Below are positions 26,416 through 35,293 of a stretch of 64,000 nt of DNA, one piece after another. The stretch is from a virus (taxonomy: Duplodnaviria > Caudoviricetes): positions 147 to 64,146 of IMG/VR virus record IMGVR_UViG_3300034128_000023; one strand, written 5' to 3'. Position 1 is the stretch's first letter; each line of letters begins with the position of its first letter. The notes beneath the pieces are model-generated. The model was not told the origin of the DNA, did not search any database, and worked only from the letters and a program-made list of their open reading frames with translations. Position numbers and translations under genes: made by a program.

Positions 26416-26706
26416 TCAGTCCTTTCCTGCGGTTACGATGTACCGCTTGTTTGCCTCGATGCTCCAGATGAACTCAAGGGCAGCTCCCGTAAGAGTCCCA
26501 ACAGGCACGACGAAGTCGCTCTGGTAGCGGGGCATCGGAGGAACCTCGCCGTGGTCCAGGAGGGACTCGAGCCAGACGTTGAGGGCCTCAGTCGCAGCGG
26601 CGAGAAAGTCCTCGCCGACCTCAACGAATGTCTGGCAGCCCGGACAGTCGGGAAACTCCGCCAGAACAAAGCGGCCTTCGTAGGTAATTTCTGCGCAGTA
26701 GTTCAT
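26416..26706 (-). CDS. HicB-like antitoxin domain protein
   Basis: AEFPDCPGCQTF...ATEALNVWLESLLDHGEVPPMP. Confidence 0.75.
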   Translation of the reverse strand: MNYCAEITYEGRFVLAEFPDCPGCQTFVEVGEDFLAAATEALNVWLESLLDHGEVPPMPRYQSDFVVPVGTLTGAALEFIWSIEANKRYIVTAGKD

Positions 26707-26716
26707 GTGTTTGTCC

Positions 26717-26938
26717 TTAAGCTGTCCGGCTCAGATGTTCGCCCATTTGGTCGTTGAATTCCCGTACGGCCTCGAGACGGGTCTTGAATACCATTGAACT
26801 TGCGACGAGAACCTTGCCCCCTCGCGCCCTGCTCAGGCGAGACATTCCGCCACTTCGCAGGTTCAGTCGGCCCTTGACGACCGTAAGATGCGGGGCTCCA
26901 GGCCCCCAAACGCCCCAACAAACGTCGCCAAATTTCAT
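26717..26938 (-). CDS. hypothetical protein
   Basis: MKFGDV...; SD AGGAGAAGG. Confidence 0.55.
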   Translation of the reverse strand: MKFGDVCWGVWGPGAPHLTVVKGRLNLRSGGMSRLSRARGGKVLVASSMVFKTRLEAVREFNDQMGEHLSRTA

Positions 26939-26948
26939 GACCTTCTCC

Positions 26949-27323
26949 TCAGGTGCTCTTTGACCCGTCAATAACATTCTGGACCGCCATCAGGAGCCCG
27001 CACCAGGCCTCGTGCCATTTATCGGTCGCGGCTTGCAGCCGGTCGACGTCGGAAGAGAGCCAGTCCGGCGATGCCCCCGCCTCGGCGAGCCGCGTGTCAA
27101 TTAAAAAGGTCACAAACGGCAGGTCCACACTCCTGTTCACCTGAGCGTTGTTATCCTTCCAAACGCGCTCAATTACGGCAAGAGCCGCATTGCGGTACTG
27201 ATACGCAGGCGGCCCCGCCTCATCGACGAAAGCGCTGTCCGCCCCGAATTTGGCCCGGTACGATTCGGCACCGCCGATGTCACCCAAAGCGTCGAGAATA
27301 TCGTTCTCTTCTTGCTGCGTCAC
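26949..27323 (-). CDS. hypothetical protein
   Basis: GTG start overlapping upstream TGA. Confidence 0.6.
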   Translation of the reverse strand: MTQQEENDILDALGDIGGAESYRAKFGADSAFVDEAGPPAYQYRNAALAVIERVWKDNNAQVNRSVDLPFVTFLIDTRLAEAGASPDWLSSDVDRLQAATDKWHEAWCGLLMAVQNVIDGSKST

Positions 27324-27715
27324 GGGGTCCCCTTGGGGTGGCACTTGCCACAGCAGGTCTTTGGGGTCGTCACTGCCGGGGCGTACTCCAGCAGCCCGGC
27401 CCAGTACGCCAAACGGTAGTTCTCCTTGGTGTGGGGGATTTTGTCGGCCCGCCAGTCCGCGAGCCACTCGTCGACACCGACGGCCGTCTCACGGGTGAAT
27501 TCGCGAGAGTCCTGCACCGGCTCGGCCTTGCTGTCGAGGATTTCCTGGCGCAGCTTGCTGATGGTGCCGAGCAGCTCCGTGACCATGTCCTGTGTCCCTT
27601 CCAAGGCCTCGGCCGTGGCCAGCGCACGGAGACGGGACAGCGCGGTCGCTGACGGCATGAGCTTGAGTTCAGTGGTGCTGTACGGCTTGATTCGCGGCGG
27701 AGCATGGTCGGTCAT
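27320..27715 (-). CDS. hypothetical protein
   Basis: TTGACA-N18-TATTGT-N6-ATG upstream. Confidence 0.65.
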   Translation of the reverse strand: MTDHAPPRIKPYSTTELKLMPSATALSRLRALATAEALEGTQDMVTELLGTISKLRQEILDSKAEPVQDSREFTRETAVGVDEWLADWRADKIPHTKENYRLAYWAGLLEYAPAVTTPKTCCGKCHPKGTP

Positions 27716-27802
27716 AAAGGCACAATACATCGCCGGGGCTGCAGATGTCAAGCGCCCGCTGGGGCTTGACGGTTCCGATTTAGGTGTGGTACTATCCTTG
27801 GC
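27716..27802. promoter_or_regulatory. divergent pair of leaderless early promoters
   Basis: minus: TTGACA 27751-27746, TATTGT; plus: TTGACG 27766, TACTAT 27790, N7, ATG. Confidence 0.75.
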
Positions 27803-28195
27803 ATGCGAATCAAAGTACTTAGCTTCGACGCGGTGCCAGATTCCTCTGGGGACATCTTTGACCCCGAGGGGTGTTCTTTTGCTCCCGAAGTCCCCGTGTA
27901 TTTTGGCTTTAACGAGAACGGAGACCCGAGCAAGATGGCCGGAATAGCCCGTCTCGAAAAAACCGCAGACGGCCTGTACGCCACATTCGACCTCGTTGGG
28001 GATGAGGGGCTTGGTGGGTACCTGACCCCCTACGTCTGTGGTTCCTGTCTCGCCACAGAGACCACCCCGCTCGACGGAAAGACCGTCATCACCGAGTGCA
28101 GAATTAATACAATCAGCCTGGGCACCCTGCCAAACCGGGACAGCCGAATTCTCTCTATCGGCTGCCAGCTCGCGGAGCAAGTCTATGGGAAGTGA
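27803..28195 (+). CDS. HK97 prohead-protease-like protein, apparently inactive
   Basis: DSSGDIF, VPVYF, DGLYATFDL, INTISLGTLP echo the family pattern; catalytic His/Ser positions not conserved. Confidence 0.5.
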   Translation: MRIKVLSFDAVPDSSGDIFDPEGCSFAPEVPVYFGFNENGDPSKMAGIARLEKTADGLYATFDLVGDEGLGGYLTPYVCGSCLATETTPLDGKTVITECRINTISLGTLPNRDSRILSIGCQLAEQVYGK

Positions 28196-28658
28196 AATCG
28201 AGCGCAAGTTCCTGGTGTGGGAGGACCTCGTCGAGCGCGTGACCCAGAACGGGGACGTCGACTGCTCCTATATCGTCCAAGGGTACCTGGTCTCAGAAAA
28301 AGGCCACCAGGTCCGGGTGCGCCGCAAGGGCGACAACGGGTACCTCACCATCAAGGGGGCCCGCAAGGGGGCGACTCGCCAAGAGTTCGAGTACGAAATC
28401 CCGCTCGAGGACGCCACGGCGATGCTGAAGCTCTGTTCGGGGCTCATCGAGAAGTACCGCTACGCTGTCCTTGTCGGCGGGCGCACCTGGGAGGTGGACG
28501 TCTTCGGTGGGGACAATCTGGGTCTTGTCTTGGCCGAGGTCGAGCTGCAGAACGAGCATGACCGGCTCGTTCTTCCCGACTGGGTCCACGCCGAAGTGAC
28601 CAACGACAAGCGCTATTACAACGAATACTTGGTCAAACTCCCTTACCGAAACTGGTGA
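28185..28658 (+). CDS. CYTH domain protein (triphosphatase/adenylate cyclase-like)
   Basis: EIERKFLV, QGYL, RVR, LTIKG, EFEYEI, EKYRY, WEVDVF, LAEVEL. Confidence 0.92.
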   Translation: MGSEIERKFLVWEDLVERVTQNGDVDCSYIVQGYLVSEKGHQVRVRRKGDNGYLTIKGARKGATRQEFEYEIPLEDATAMLKLCSGLIEKYRYAVLVGGRTWEVDVFGGDNLGLVLAEVELQNEHDRLVLPDWVHAEVTNDKRYYNEYLVKLPYRNW

Positions 28659-28661
28659 CCT

Positions 28662-29408
28662 ATGTTTTTTCTTCCTGGTGATAAAGTCCAAGTTGTACCT
28701 GGCGGCCTCTTCGGCCCAGGCCTGCCGTCGGATGGTATAGTGACGTCCGCAGTGGGAACGACCCCGTTGGGGTCCACCATCTACCGGGTAGGTTTCGGCC
28801 CCACGGTCGCCCCCACCGACGTCGGCGAGAACTACCTCGTGCTGGTCTTGGCGGAGGCGTACGGTGCCGCTGCTCCGGCCCCTGTCCGTACTGTCCGGCC
28901 CCTGCCTCTCGACGACCCCTACTGGCACGGGCACAATATGGCCGGGTACATCGTGCAGTGCGTGTGCGCCACCCCCTTTCACGTCCCCCACCAGTTTTAC
29001 CGGCTTACTGGCGTATTTTCGGCGTCTCCGGCCCAAAACGACTGCGAAGTCGAGGACGCGAGCCGTGCGCTCTCTGTCGGTGACTCCAAATTCTTTCGGT
29101 GCTGGGGACCACCCACCCCCTTCCCGGGAGCGGTTGTTCCGCCCGACATGGCCGCACTAATCCAAGCCCTGCAGACGCCTCAGCTCGCGCCTCCCCCGCT
29201 GGTCCAGGTCCCGGCAGCACAGGCCGCCGCCATAAAGCAGCAATTCAACGCCTCCATCGGGGGCGTGGGCCCCTTATGGCGCATGCCGATAGTGCCGGAC
29301 GAGACCTTCGTGAACGTCTACATTGCGCCCCCGGCCGCCCCCAAGTGCACGTGTGGTGCCGCCAAGTGCAACTCTCAAATCCACTCGAGCTGGTGCGACT
29401 TGGCTTGA
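28662..29408 (+). CDS. hypothetical protein (KOW-like N-terminus, Cys/His C-terminus)
   Basis: FLPGDKVQV; CTCGAAKC...HSSWC. Confidence 0.7.
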   Translation: MFFLPGDKVQVVPGGLFGPGLPSDGIVTSAVGTTPLGSTIYRVGFGPTVAPTDVGENYLVLVLAEAYGAAAPAPVRTVRPLPLDDPYWHGHNMAGYIVQCVCATPFHVPHQFYRLTGVFSASPAQNDCEVEDASRALSVGDSKFFRCWGPPTPFPGAVVPPDMAALIQALQTPQLAPPPLVQVPAAQAAAIKQQFNASIGGVGPLWRMPIVPDETFVNVYIAPPAAPKCTCGAAKCNSQIHSSWCDLA

Positions 29409-29441
29409 CAGTCCCCGTTCCGCAGATGTAGAGTGCGCGCC
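29405..29441 (+). promoter_or_regulatory. early promoter of rtcB, leaderless
   Basis: TTGACA-N18-TAGAGT-N7-ATG. Confidence 0.75.
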
Positions 29442-30641
29442 ATGAACTTCCAAGTGATGCACGGCAAGTCGGGTCTCGTCAAGCACTGGACCGCAGGCGT
29501 CGAGTTCGAGGAGGAGGCCCAGAAGCAGGTCCTCAATGTGGCCGACCTCCCCTTCATCTTCAAGCATGTGGCCGTCATGCCCGACACCCACGCTGGGCTT
29601 GGTGCGACCATCGGCTCGGTCATCCCCACCATGGGGGCCGTTATCCCCGCAGCCTGTGGAGTCGACATCGGTTGTGGAATTAGTTGCGTCAAGCTTGATG
29701 GGGTCGCCACCAAGGACCTCGTCAAGAACGCAGGTTACCTGCGAGAGAAAATCGAGCACGTGGTTCCCCACGGCCGCACCGCCAACGGTGGGGTAGGCGA
29801 TGTGGGCGCCCACAAGGCCATCCCCGAAGCTGTCGAAAACTGCTGGAAGAGCGAGCTGGTCGAGGGGTACAACGACATGGTGTACGTCGACCCCGAACTC
29901 GCCCACAAGGGCGTGCTGAGCCAGCTCGGCACCCTCGGCACCGGCAACCATTTCTTCGAGTTGTCCACAGACGAGAATGACGGCGTGTGGGCCATTGTCC
30001 ACAGCGGCTCGCGGGGCATCGGGAACAAGATTGGACAGACCTTCATCAACAAGGCTAAGGCCGCCATGCAGACCTGGCACATCACGCTGGCAGACCCCAA
30101 CCTGGCCTACCTCCCCACGGGCACTCTCGACTTCGCGGCGTACATGCGGGCCGTCGAGTGGGCTCAGAGGTACGCTCGGCTCAGCCGTGAGCTGATGATG
30201 CGGGCCGCGGTCCAGGCCCTCGGTCTGAGGGGCTCGGGGCACATCGACTGCCATCACAATTTCGTGGCGTGGGAGCAGCATTTCGGCAAGTCCATTTTGG
30301 TGACCCGCAAGGGGGCCGTTCGTGCCCGCGTGGGCGACAAGGGCATCATTCCGGGGTCGATGGGGGCGCGCTCCTACATCGTGGAGGGCCTCGGCAACCC
30401 AGAGTCCTTCATGTCCTGCTCTCACGGCGCAGGCCGCCGCATGTCCCGCACCGAAGCGAAGCGGACCTTCTCGCTCGAGGACCACGCCAAGGCAACCGCG
30501 GGTGTGGATTGCCGCCAGGACGCCGACGTACTCGACGAAACTCCGGGCGCTTACAAGAGCATCGATTCCGTCATGGCGGCCCAGGCCGACCTCGTCAAAA
30601 TCAAGCATACCTTGAAGGCCTTTTTGTGCATCAAGGGTTGA
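29442..30641 (+). CDS. rtcB: RNA 3'-phosphate ligase RtcB
   Basis: MPDTHAG, GVDIGCG, GTGNHF, HSGSRG, CHHN, RKGA, PGSMG, SHGAGR. Confidence 0.95.
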   Translation: MNFQVMHGKSGLVKHWTAGVEFEEEAQKQVLNVADLPFIFKHVAVMPDTHAGLGATIGSVIPTMGAVIPAACGVDIGCGISCVKLDGVATKDLVKNAGYLREKIEHVVPHGRTANGGVGDVGAHKAIPEAVENCWKSELVEGYNDMVYVDPELAHKGVLSQLGTLGTGNHFFELSTDENDGVWAIVHSGSRGIGNKIGQTFINKAKAAMQTWHITLADPNLAYLPTGTLDFAAYMRAVEWAQRYARLSRELMMRAAVQALGLRGSGHIDCHHNFVAWEQHFGKSILVTRKGAVRARVGDKGIIPGSMGARSYIVEGLGNPESFMSCSHGAGRRMSRTEAKRTFSLEDHAKATAGVDCRQDADVLDETPGAYKSIDSVMAAQADLVKIKHTLKAFLCIKG

Positions 30642-30643
30642 CG

Positions 30644-30649
30644 TAATCT
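30644..30649 (+). promoter_or_regulatory. putative late promoter TAATCT
   Basis: G-TAATCT 10 nt before ATG 30660. Confidence 0.6.
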
Positions 30650-30659
30650 ACCTGGGTGA

Positions 30660-31679
30660 ATGGTGGGTAACTCGCACGATTTTCTCGTCAGCATCCTAGG
30701 CTCAGCCGGCGCAGAAGCCTTGCGGCGCGCAGCCCAGCGCCAACCGTCGTTGGGGTCGTTGCTTGTCCCGCGGGCGGCCCTGGCCTGGGTCCAGACACAA
30801 AAGAGCTTCGACGGTGTCGTTCCAGGTAACCCAGGACGTCTGGCGTTCGCGAAATCCGAGTCGGGCCTGACCGGCCAGGTGCTGGTCGGAGACAACCTCT
30901 ACGAGTTCGCGAACGCCACTCCCGAGCACGTAGCTGCAGCCCTTTCGGTCTCGGTCGGCGCCGGTGAGACCACCGACCAAATCTCACGCCAAGTCCTTGT
31001 GAGGCTCGGCAAGTCAATCGACACCTTGGTGCAGGCCCAAACGGCCCGTCTCGCCAAGAGAACTCTCGACCCCGCTCTCGGGTACCGCCTCTCAGAAGAG
31101 CACCTCCCCGACGGCATCAGGATTCACGCCCACGACAAGCAGGGCGGCCATGTGGGGACCGCATGGTTCCAGAACGACGGCAGCGGCCTGAAGCCCGTCA
31201 CCATCGCCGTGGATGAAGACCACCAGCGTCGAGGCATCGCCGGTGCCATGTACGAGCACGCCAAGAAGCTCACCAATAAGCCCATCACGGCCCCCGACCT
31301 TCTGACGGATGAGGGCGCAGCTTTCCACGCCACCATCAAGACAGAGCTTCCAGGAATGACCGCGAAGCCCAGGGCTCAGCAGGGCCCGGAAGCCGCTGAA
31401 CCCCCGAAGATGCAGCCCCGAATGGCGCGACCCAAGCTTCCCAAGCCCCCGAAGCTCCCGGCACTGAAGGTGGAGAAGTCCGAAATGGCGCGCCTGTGCC
31501 CGATGTGCGGCCGGGGTCATTTTGAGGGCCAGCGCTACCGCGGATGCCTGTGCACGCGAGACCTGGCCAAATCTATTCGTACCCAGATTTTTAATGATGG
31601 CGTAGTGTTGGAGTTCGGTGGCGACTCGACTCGCGACGTGTTCCACCTAATCAGGAAGGCGCTCAAAAATGGCACCTAA
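30660..31679 (+). CDS. putative head protein with GNAT domain and C-terminal Cys cluster
   Basis: IAVDEDHQRRGIAGAMY acetyl-CoA motif; FAKSE/VEKSE/LAKS motifs; CPMC...CLC. Confidence 0.7.
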   Translation: MVGNSHDFLVSILGSAGAEALRRAAQRQPSLGSLLVPRAALAWVQTQKSFDGVVPGNPGRLAFAKSESGLTGQVLVGDNLYEFANATPEHVAAALSVSVGAGETTDQISRQVLVRLGKSIDTLVQAQTARLAKRTLDPALGYRLSEEHLPDGIRIHAHDKQGGHVGTAWFQNDGSGLKPVTIAVDEDHQRRGIAGAMYEHAKKLTNKPITAPDLLTDEGAAFHATIKTELPGMTAKPRAQQGPEAAEPPKMQPRMARPKLPKPPKLPALKVEKSEMARLCPMCGRGHFEGQRYRGCLCTRDLAKSIRTQIFNDGVVLEFGGDSTRDVFHLIRKALKNGT

Positions 31680-31810
31680 CTTTTCTGGAGACAGCCTGAC
31701 AGGTTCGTGGTAAAGTACGTACTGATGAATCTGACCTACCACTACCGCGTTAAGAACGCCGCAAAGAATATTCTCGCGGTATCGGGCATGATACTCCTGC
31801 AGAGGAAGCC

Positions 31811-32212
31811 ATGATTCAAGGAAAGGCCAAAGACTGGTACGGTAAGCCCGTCCTCAACGATACTGACGTTGATGGTCTCGAGACAGCCGCCGCATGGAAG
31901 GAGTTTGGGGAAGGCACGCCACGCAAGCAGGCCGAGCAAGAGGCCTACGACGAGTACGCCAAAACCCAGCACCAGAAGGCCGCAGCTCATCACCTTCGAG
32001 GTATGAGGGCTGCCCAGGCATCTGGCGACCTCGACGAGTCCAGGCTGCACGGCGAAGCGTACCACCATCATATGCTGAGCCTCGGGCATGACCCGACCGA
32101 CCAGGTTCCTGACGAAATCAAGGCGCTGGTCGAGGACGAGGGCAAGGCTCGCCATTACAAATTCAAGTCCCACCCCGCCGATGGACTCTTGGGCAGCGCT
32201 CCGGCACCTTAA
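31811..32212 (+). CDS. hypothetical late protein
   Basis: 133 aa ORF; SD GAGGA. Confidence 0.7.
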   Translation: MIQGKAKDWYGKPVLNDTDVDGLETAAAWKEFGEGTPRKQAEQEAYDEYAKTQHQKAAAHHLRGMRAAQASGDLDESRLHGEAYHHHMLSLGHDPTDQVPDEIKALVEDEGKARHYKFKSHPADGLLGSAPAP

Positions 32213-32233
32213 TCCTGCCCGGGACCGCCGCCG

Positions 32234-32239
32234 TAATCT
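32234..32239 (+). promoter_or_regulatory. putative late promoter TAATCT
   Basis: GTAATCT then CAGGAG SD before ATG 32262. Confidence 0.7.
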
Positions 32240-32261
32240 GACTGTTCAGGAGACTCACTGA

Positions 32262-34001
32262 ATGGCCAGGACCACACTTATTTTTCCGGGTGCCTTCCCT
32301 GAGATTCACATCTCGGACAATAGTGGCGGCAAGTCTGCGGCGGGTACTGGTCGTGGCCCCCCGGGCCCCGCCGGCCCCCAGGGCCCCGCCGGCCCCCAGG
32401 GCCCAGTTGGCCCTCCGGGAAGTCAGGGCCCCGCCGGAATTCAAGGTCCCGCTGGCCCCCAGGGCCCTGCAGGCACGGGCCTCTCCGGCTGGATTGTCAT
32501 CAACGACATCGCAATCACCGGTGGTGGAGTTGCCTCCGACAAGACCTGGGAAGATGCCCCGGGCAACACCGTGCTCCAGAGCTGCACGATTTCGGGGCTG
32601 AACCTCGACGTGTCCGTCAGGGCCAGCTACCCCCGCGTTGTGGTGGGCGGAGTTCCCGCCCTGCTGGCTCGCGACGCCTCGGGCGGATTCTATTCTGGAA
32701 CCGTACCCGTATCGGTACTTGGTTCGGGTGACTTGATTGCTCAGGTGGTCTCGCCAGACGGTGACCTCGGCAGCCTGGACACCGCCGTACTGACCTACGA
32801 TGCTCCTCCCACGATTCTGACCCTTGCCTTCACGGGCGGGTACCCAGGCAGCCAGACTGAACTCAAGGCTGGCGACACGTTCCAGATTTCCGGCACGACC
32901 GACGTCGCGGCAACAGGTGTTGAGGTCCAGGACTTCGGCGCGTGCGTCCTCCAGACGATTTCGTTCCCGTCGACCACTTCGTTCGTCATTATCGTCACTA
33001 TCGCAAACCGCGGCACCGCGTCACTGCCCTACTTCGCCCAGGTGAGGGCCCACAACGCGGCCAACGCTTACGGTGCTGTCGTTCCGACCAGCAACAGCGT
33101 CGTGCTCTGCAACCTTTACCCGACCGTTTCCTTCGGAGCGAAGACCTACCCCGCATCACAGCTCGCCCTGAAGAATGTCGAGTCGGCAACGGTAGCCGTC
33201 ACGCTTGCGAATCTCGATGTGGTGTCGTTTGATTCCCCGAACGGTGAAGTCTCAATCGCCAATCCTGCACTGATTGAAGCGACCAAGACGGTCTCCCGTA
33301 TCGGGGGTTCGTATAATATCTCCACCAACAACCTGAGGGCGACGGCGACCAGGTCTGCCAACGCAGCTCTCACCACGGCCCAGACGGTGGTCTCGATTGC
33401 CAACGTCGCACCAACCGTCGCTGTAGCCACCCCTGCAGCACGCCTGAGGTCGGGCGGAAATAACGGCACCGCAGCACAGGGCCACACGATTACCATCACC
33501 GCGAACCAGCAGCTCCTCAACGCCCCTCTGATGGATGGTGGGGCTGGCGGGGGAACCTTCGCTGGAGTGTGGGCGGGTGGTCCTTCGGTCTGGACTCGGA
33601 GTCTTTCCGTCCACGACAACGACGTCAAGGGGCCATACGCTTTCGGAGGCCTCGTCGCTACAGGCCTGGCCGGCTTGGTCCAAAACGCAATCGGGTCTGG
33701 CTCCGCATACGTCCTCGGTGGTTTTGTCCAGCGCTCTCTGACTTTTGGAGCCTTCAATCAGAACACGGCCCTGAACGTCGCGGTCGTGACCTACACGAAG
33801 CTTCAGGCCGGAAAAATGAGCGCTACCGACCAGCCGGCGCTTCGCAACGCCACCCAGGGGGACCATTCCAACATTGCCAACACCTACACGGTCGACGCCC
33901 TGACGGCAAACCCGGTAAACTTGTTCTGGAACGATGCCGTCGCCGCCGCTACCAATGCGTCCGGCACAGCAGCCATCCTGGATGTCGAGGAAGTGGCGTA
34001 A
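32262..34001 (+). CDS. virion fibre/decoration protein with collagen-like repeat and beta-rich domains
   Basis: (GPP/GPA/GPQ)n; Thr/Ala/Val-rich Ig-like pattern. Confidence 0.8.
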   Translation: MARTTLIFPGAFPEIHISDNSGGKSAAGTGRGPPGPAGPQGPAGPQGPVGPPGSQGPAGIQGPAGPQGPAGTGLSGWIVINDIAITGGGVASDKTWEDAPGNTVLQSCTISGLNLDVSVRASYPRVVVGGVPALLARDASGGFYSGTVPVSVLGSGDLIAQVVSPDGDLGSLDTAVLTYDAPPTILTLAFTGGYPGSQTELKAGDTFQISGTTDVAATGVEVQDFGACVLQTISFPSTTSFVIIVTIANRGTASLPYFAQVRAHNAANAYGAVVPTSNSVVLCNLYPTVSFGAKTYPASQLALKNVESATVAVTLANLDVVSFDSPNGEVSIANPALIEATKTVSRIGGSYNISTNNLRATATRSANAALTTAQTVVSIANVAPTVAVATPAARLRSGGNNGTAAQGHTITITANQQLLNAPLMDGGAGGGTFAGVWAGGPSVWTRSLSVHDNDVKGPYAFGGLVATGLAGLVQNAIGSGSAYVLGGFVQRSLTFGAFNQNTALNVAVVTYTKLQAGKMSATDQPALRNATQGDHSNIANTYTVDALTANPVNLFWNDAVAAATNASGTAAILDVEEVA

Positions 34002-34717
34002 TGGAAACAAGAACTTGCTCCACCTGCAAGAACACCAAACCTCTGGACCGTTTTTCTTCGGGGCGTGGCCAGTGCAAGGAGTGCAGAGGCGCCGCTTTTA
34101 GGATTGTGGCGGCGCCGGCTGAGGGTCCTCCAAAAACGTGTTCCAAGTGCGGCGCCCTAAAGGCAGCAGCTATGTTCAGTCCGATGCGGGGGGACTGCAA
34201 GGCGTGCCGGGCCGAGTATCTTCGCAGGTACACCCTCGAACACGCAGATGAGCTGGCTGCCAAACAGACGATTCGGTCTAAACGGAATTATTGGGAGGAC
34301 CCAGAGGCCGCCAAGGCTCGTTCCAAGAAGTGGGCCCAAAGCAACAAGCAAAAGGTCACCGCCAAGGCGCAAAGATATCAGGACCGGCACCCCGACCTGC
34401 TCGCCGCAAAGGCCGCAGAGCGCAAAACATATTACGCCACGCACCCCGTGGAGGCAAGGAACCGTTCTCTGCGCAAGAAGTACGGCATGGCTCCAGAGGA
34501 ATACGACACGTTGTTCCGCGCACAGGAGGGGGTCTGCGCGATTTGCGGCTCTACGCCTGGGGTTCGTCGTCTCGCGGTGGACCACGACCACGTAACCGGC
34601 AAAATTAGAGGGCTTCTTTGCGGGACCTGCAACACCGGCCTGGGGGCCTTCAAGGACCGCCCCCACCTCCTTCTTTCCGCCGCCACATACCTTCTGACCC
34701 AAAAGGCGGAACAATGA
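34001..34717 (+). CDS. endonuclease VII-type HNH (homing) endonuclease with Zn fingers
   Basis: KKYG...Q.GVCAICG...LAVDHDH.TGKIRGLLCGTCNTGLG. Confidence 0.92.
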   Translation: METRTCSTCKNTKPLDRFSSGRGQCKECRGAAFRIVAAPAEGPPKTCSKCGALKAAAMFSPMRGDCKACRAEYLRRYTLEHADELAAKQTIRSKRNYWEDPEAAKARSKKWAQSNKQKVTAKAQRYQDRHPDLLAAKAAERKTYYATHPVEARNRSLRKKYGMAPEEYDTLFRAQEGVCAICGSTPGVRRLAVDHDHVTGKIRGLLCGTCNTGLGAFKDRPHLLLSAATYLLTQKAEQ

Positions 34718-35244
34718 GTGCCTTTACCGATTTTGTCACAATCGAGCTTCCCCTTCGCCCCGTACTTCTCACGTCAGGGAATACGGGCTACGACGGTGAC
34801 CCGAACGACGGCGGCGTTCCGCCCGTCCTCTCCAATTCGCCTCTCGGGACCCTCTACCTGCGGGCCTCGACGGGCGTGCTGTACCAGAAGCAGTCCGCTA
34901 CGCCTGGGACCTGGCTCATGGTGGGTGGCGGCGGCGGTACGGGGCTTTCCGCAGACAACCGCGCCATGGCCGCATCTGTCACGGTGGCCGACGGAGACCT
35001 CGCTGTTTCGACCCCGCTCGCTTCGACCTTGTCTGGTTGGGTCGCTGTGGTCGCTGGCGGGCAGGGATGCCATCTGGGGAACGGCACCAAAGTAGGATGC
35101 GACTGCTACTTCAGCGCCGACGGCGGCGTGACGCCCCGTGCCTCGGGCGCTCTCCAGGGCGGCGACCTGCTCTACTGGAACGGCTCTGTTGCCGGCTTTC
35201 AGTTGGCCACGACCGACCTGATTGATTTTATTTACAGCGCGTAA
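34714..35244 (+). CDS. virion protein with DCYFSADGG module
   Basis: C-terminal module shared with 35294 and 39167 genes. Confidence 0.8.
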   Translation: MSAFTDFVTIELPLRPVLLTSGNTGYDGDPNDGGVPPVLSNSPLGTLYLRASTGVLYQKQSATPGTWLMVGGGGGTGLSADNRAMAASVTVADGDLAVSTPLASTLSGWVAVVAGGQGCHLGNGTKVGCDCYFSADGGVTPRASGALQGGDLLYWNGSVAGFQLATTDLIDFIYSA

Positions 35245-35256
35245 CGAAATTGGCTG

Positions 35257-35262
35257 TAATCT
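35257..35262 (+). promoter_or_regulatory. putative late promoter TAATCT
   Basis: GTAATCT-CAACGT-A, then AAGGAG SD. Confidence 0.7.
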
Positions 35263-35293
35263 CAACGTAGCACCCTAGCAAGGAGTAACAAAA

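Noticed and set aside
28185-28658. CYTH plus mCpol-like plus phosphoesterase as one cyclic-nucleotide signalling operon
   Set aside because: The genes are 14-25 kb apart, on different strands or promoter classes, and the mCpol-like domain lacks catalytic aspartates; linkage is unsupported
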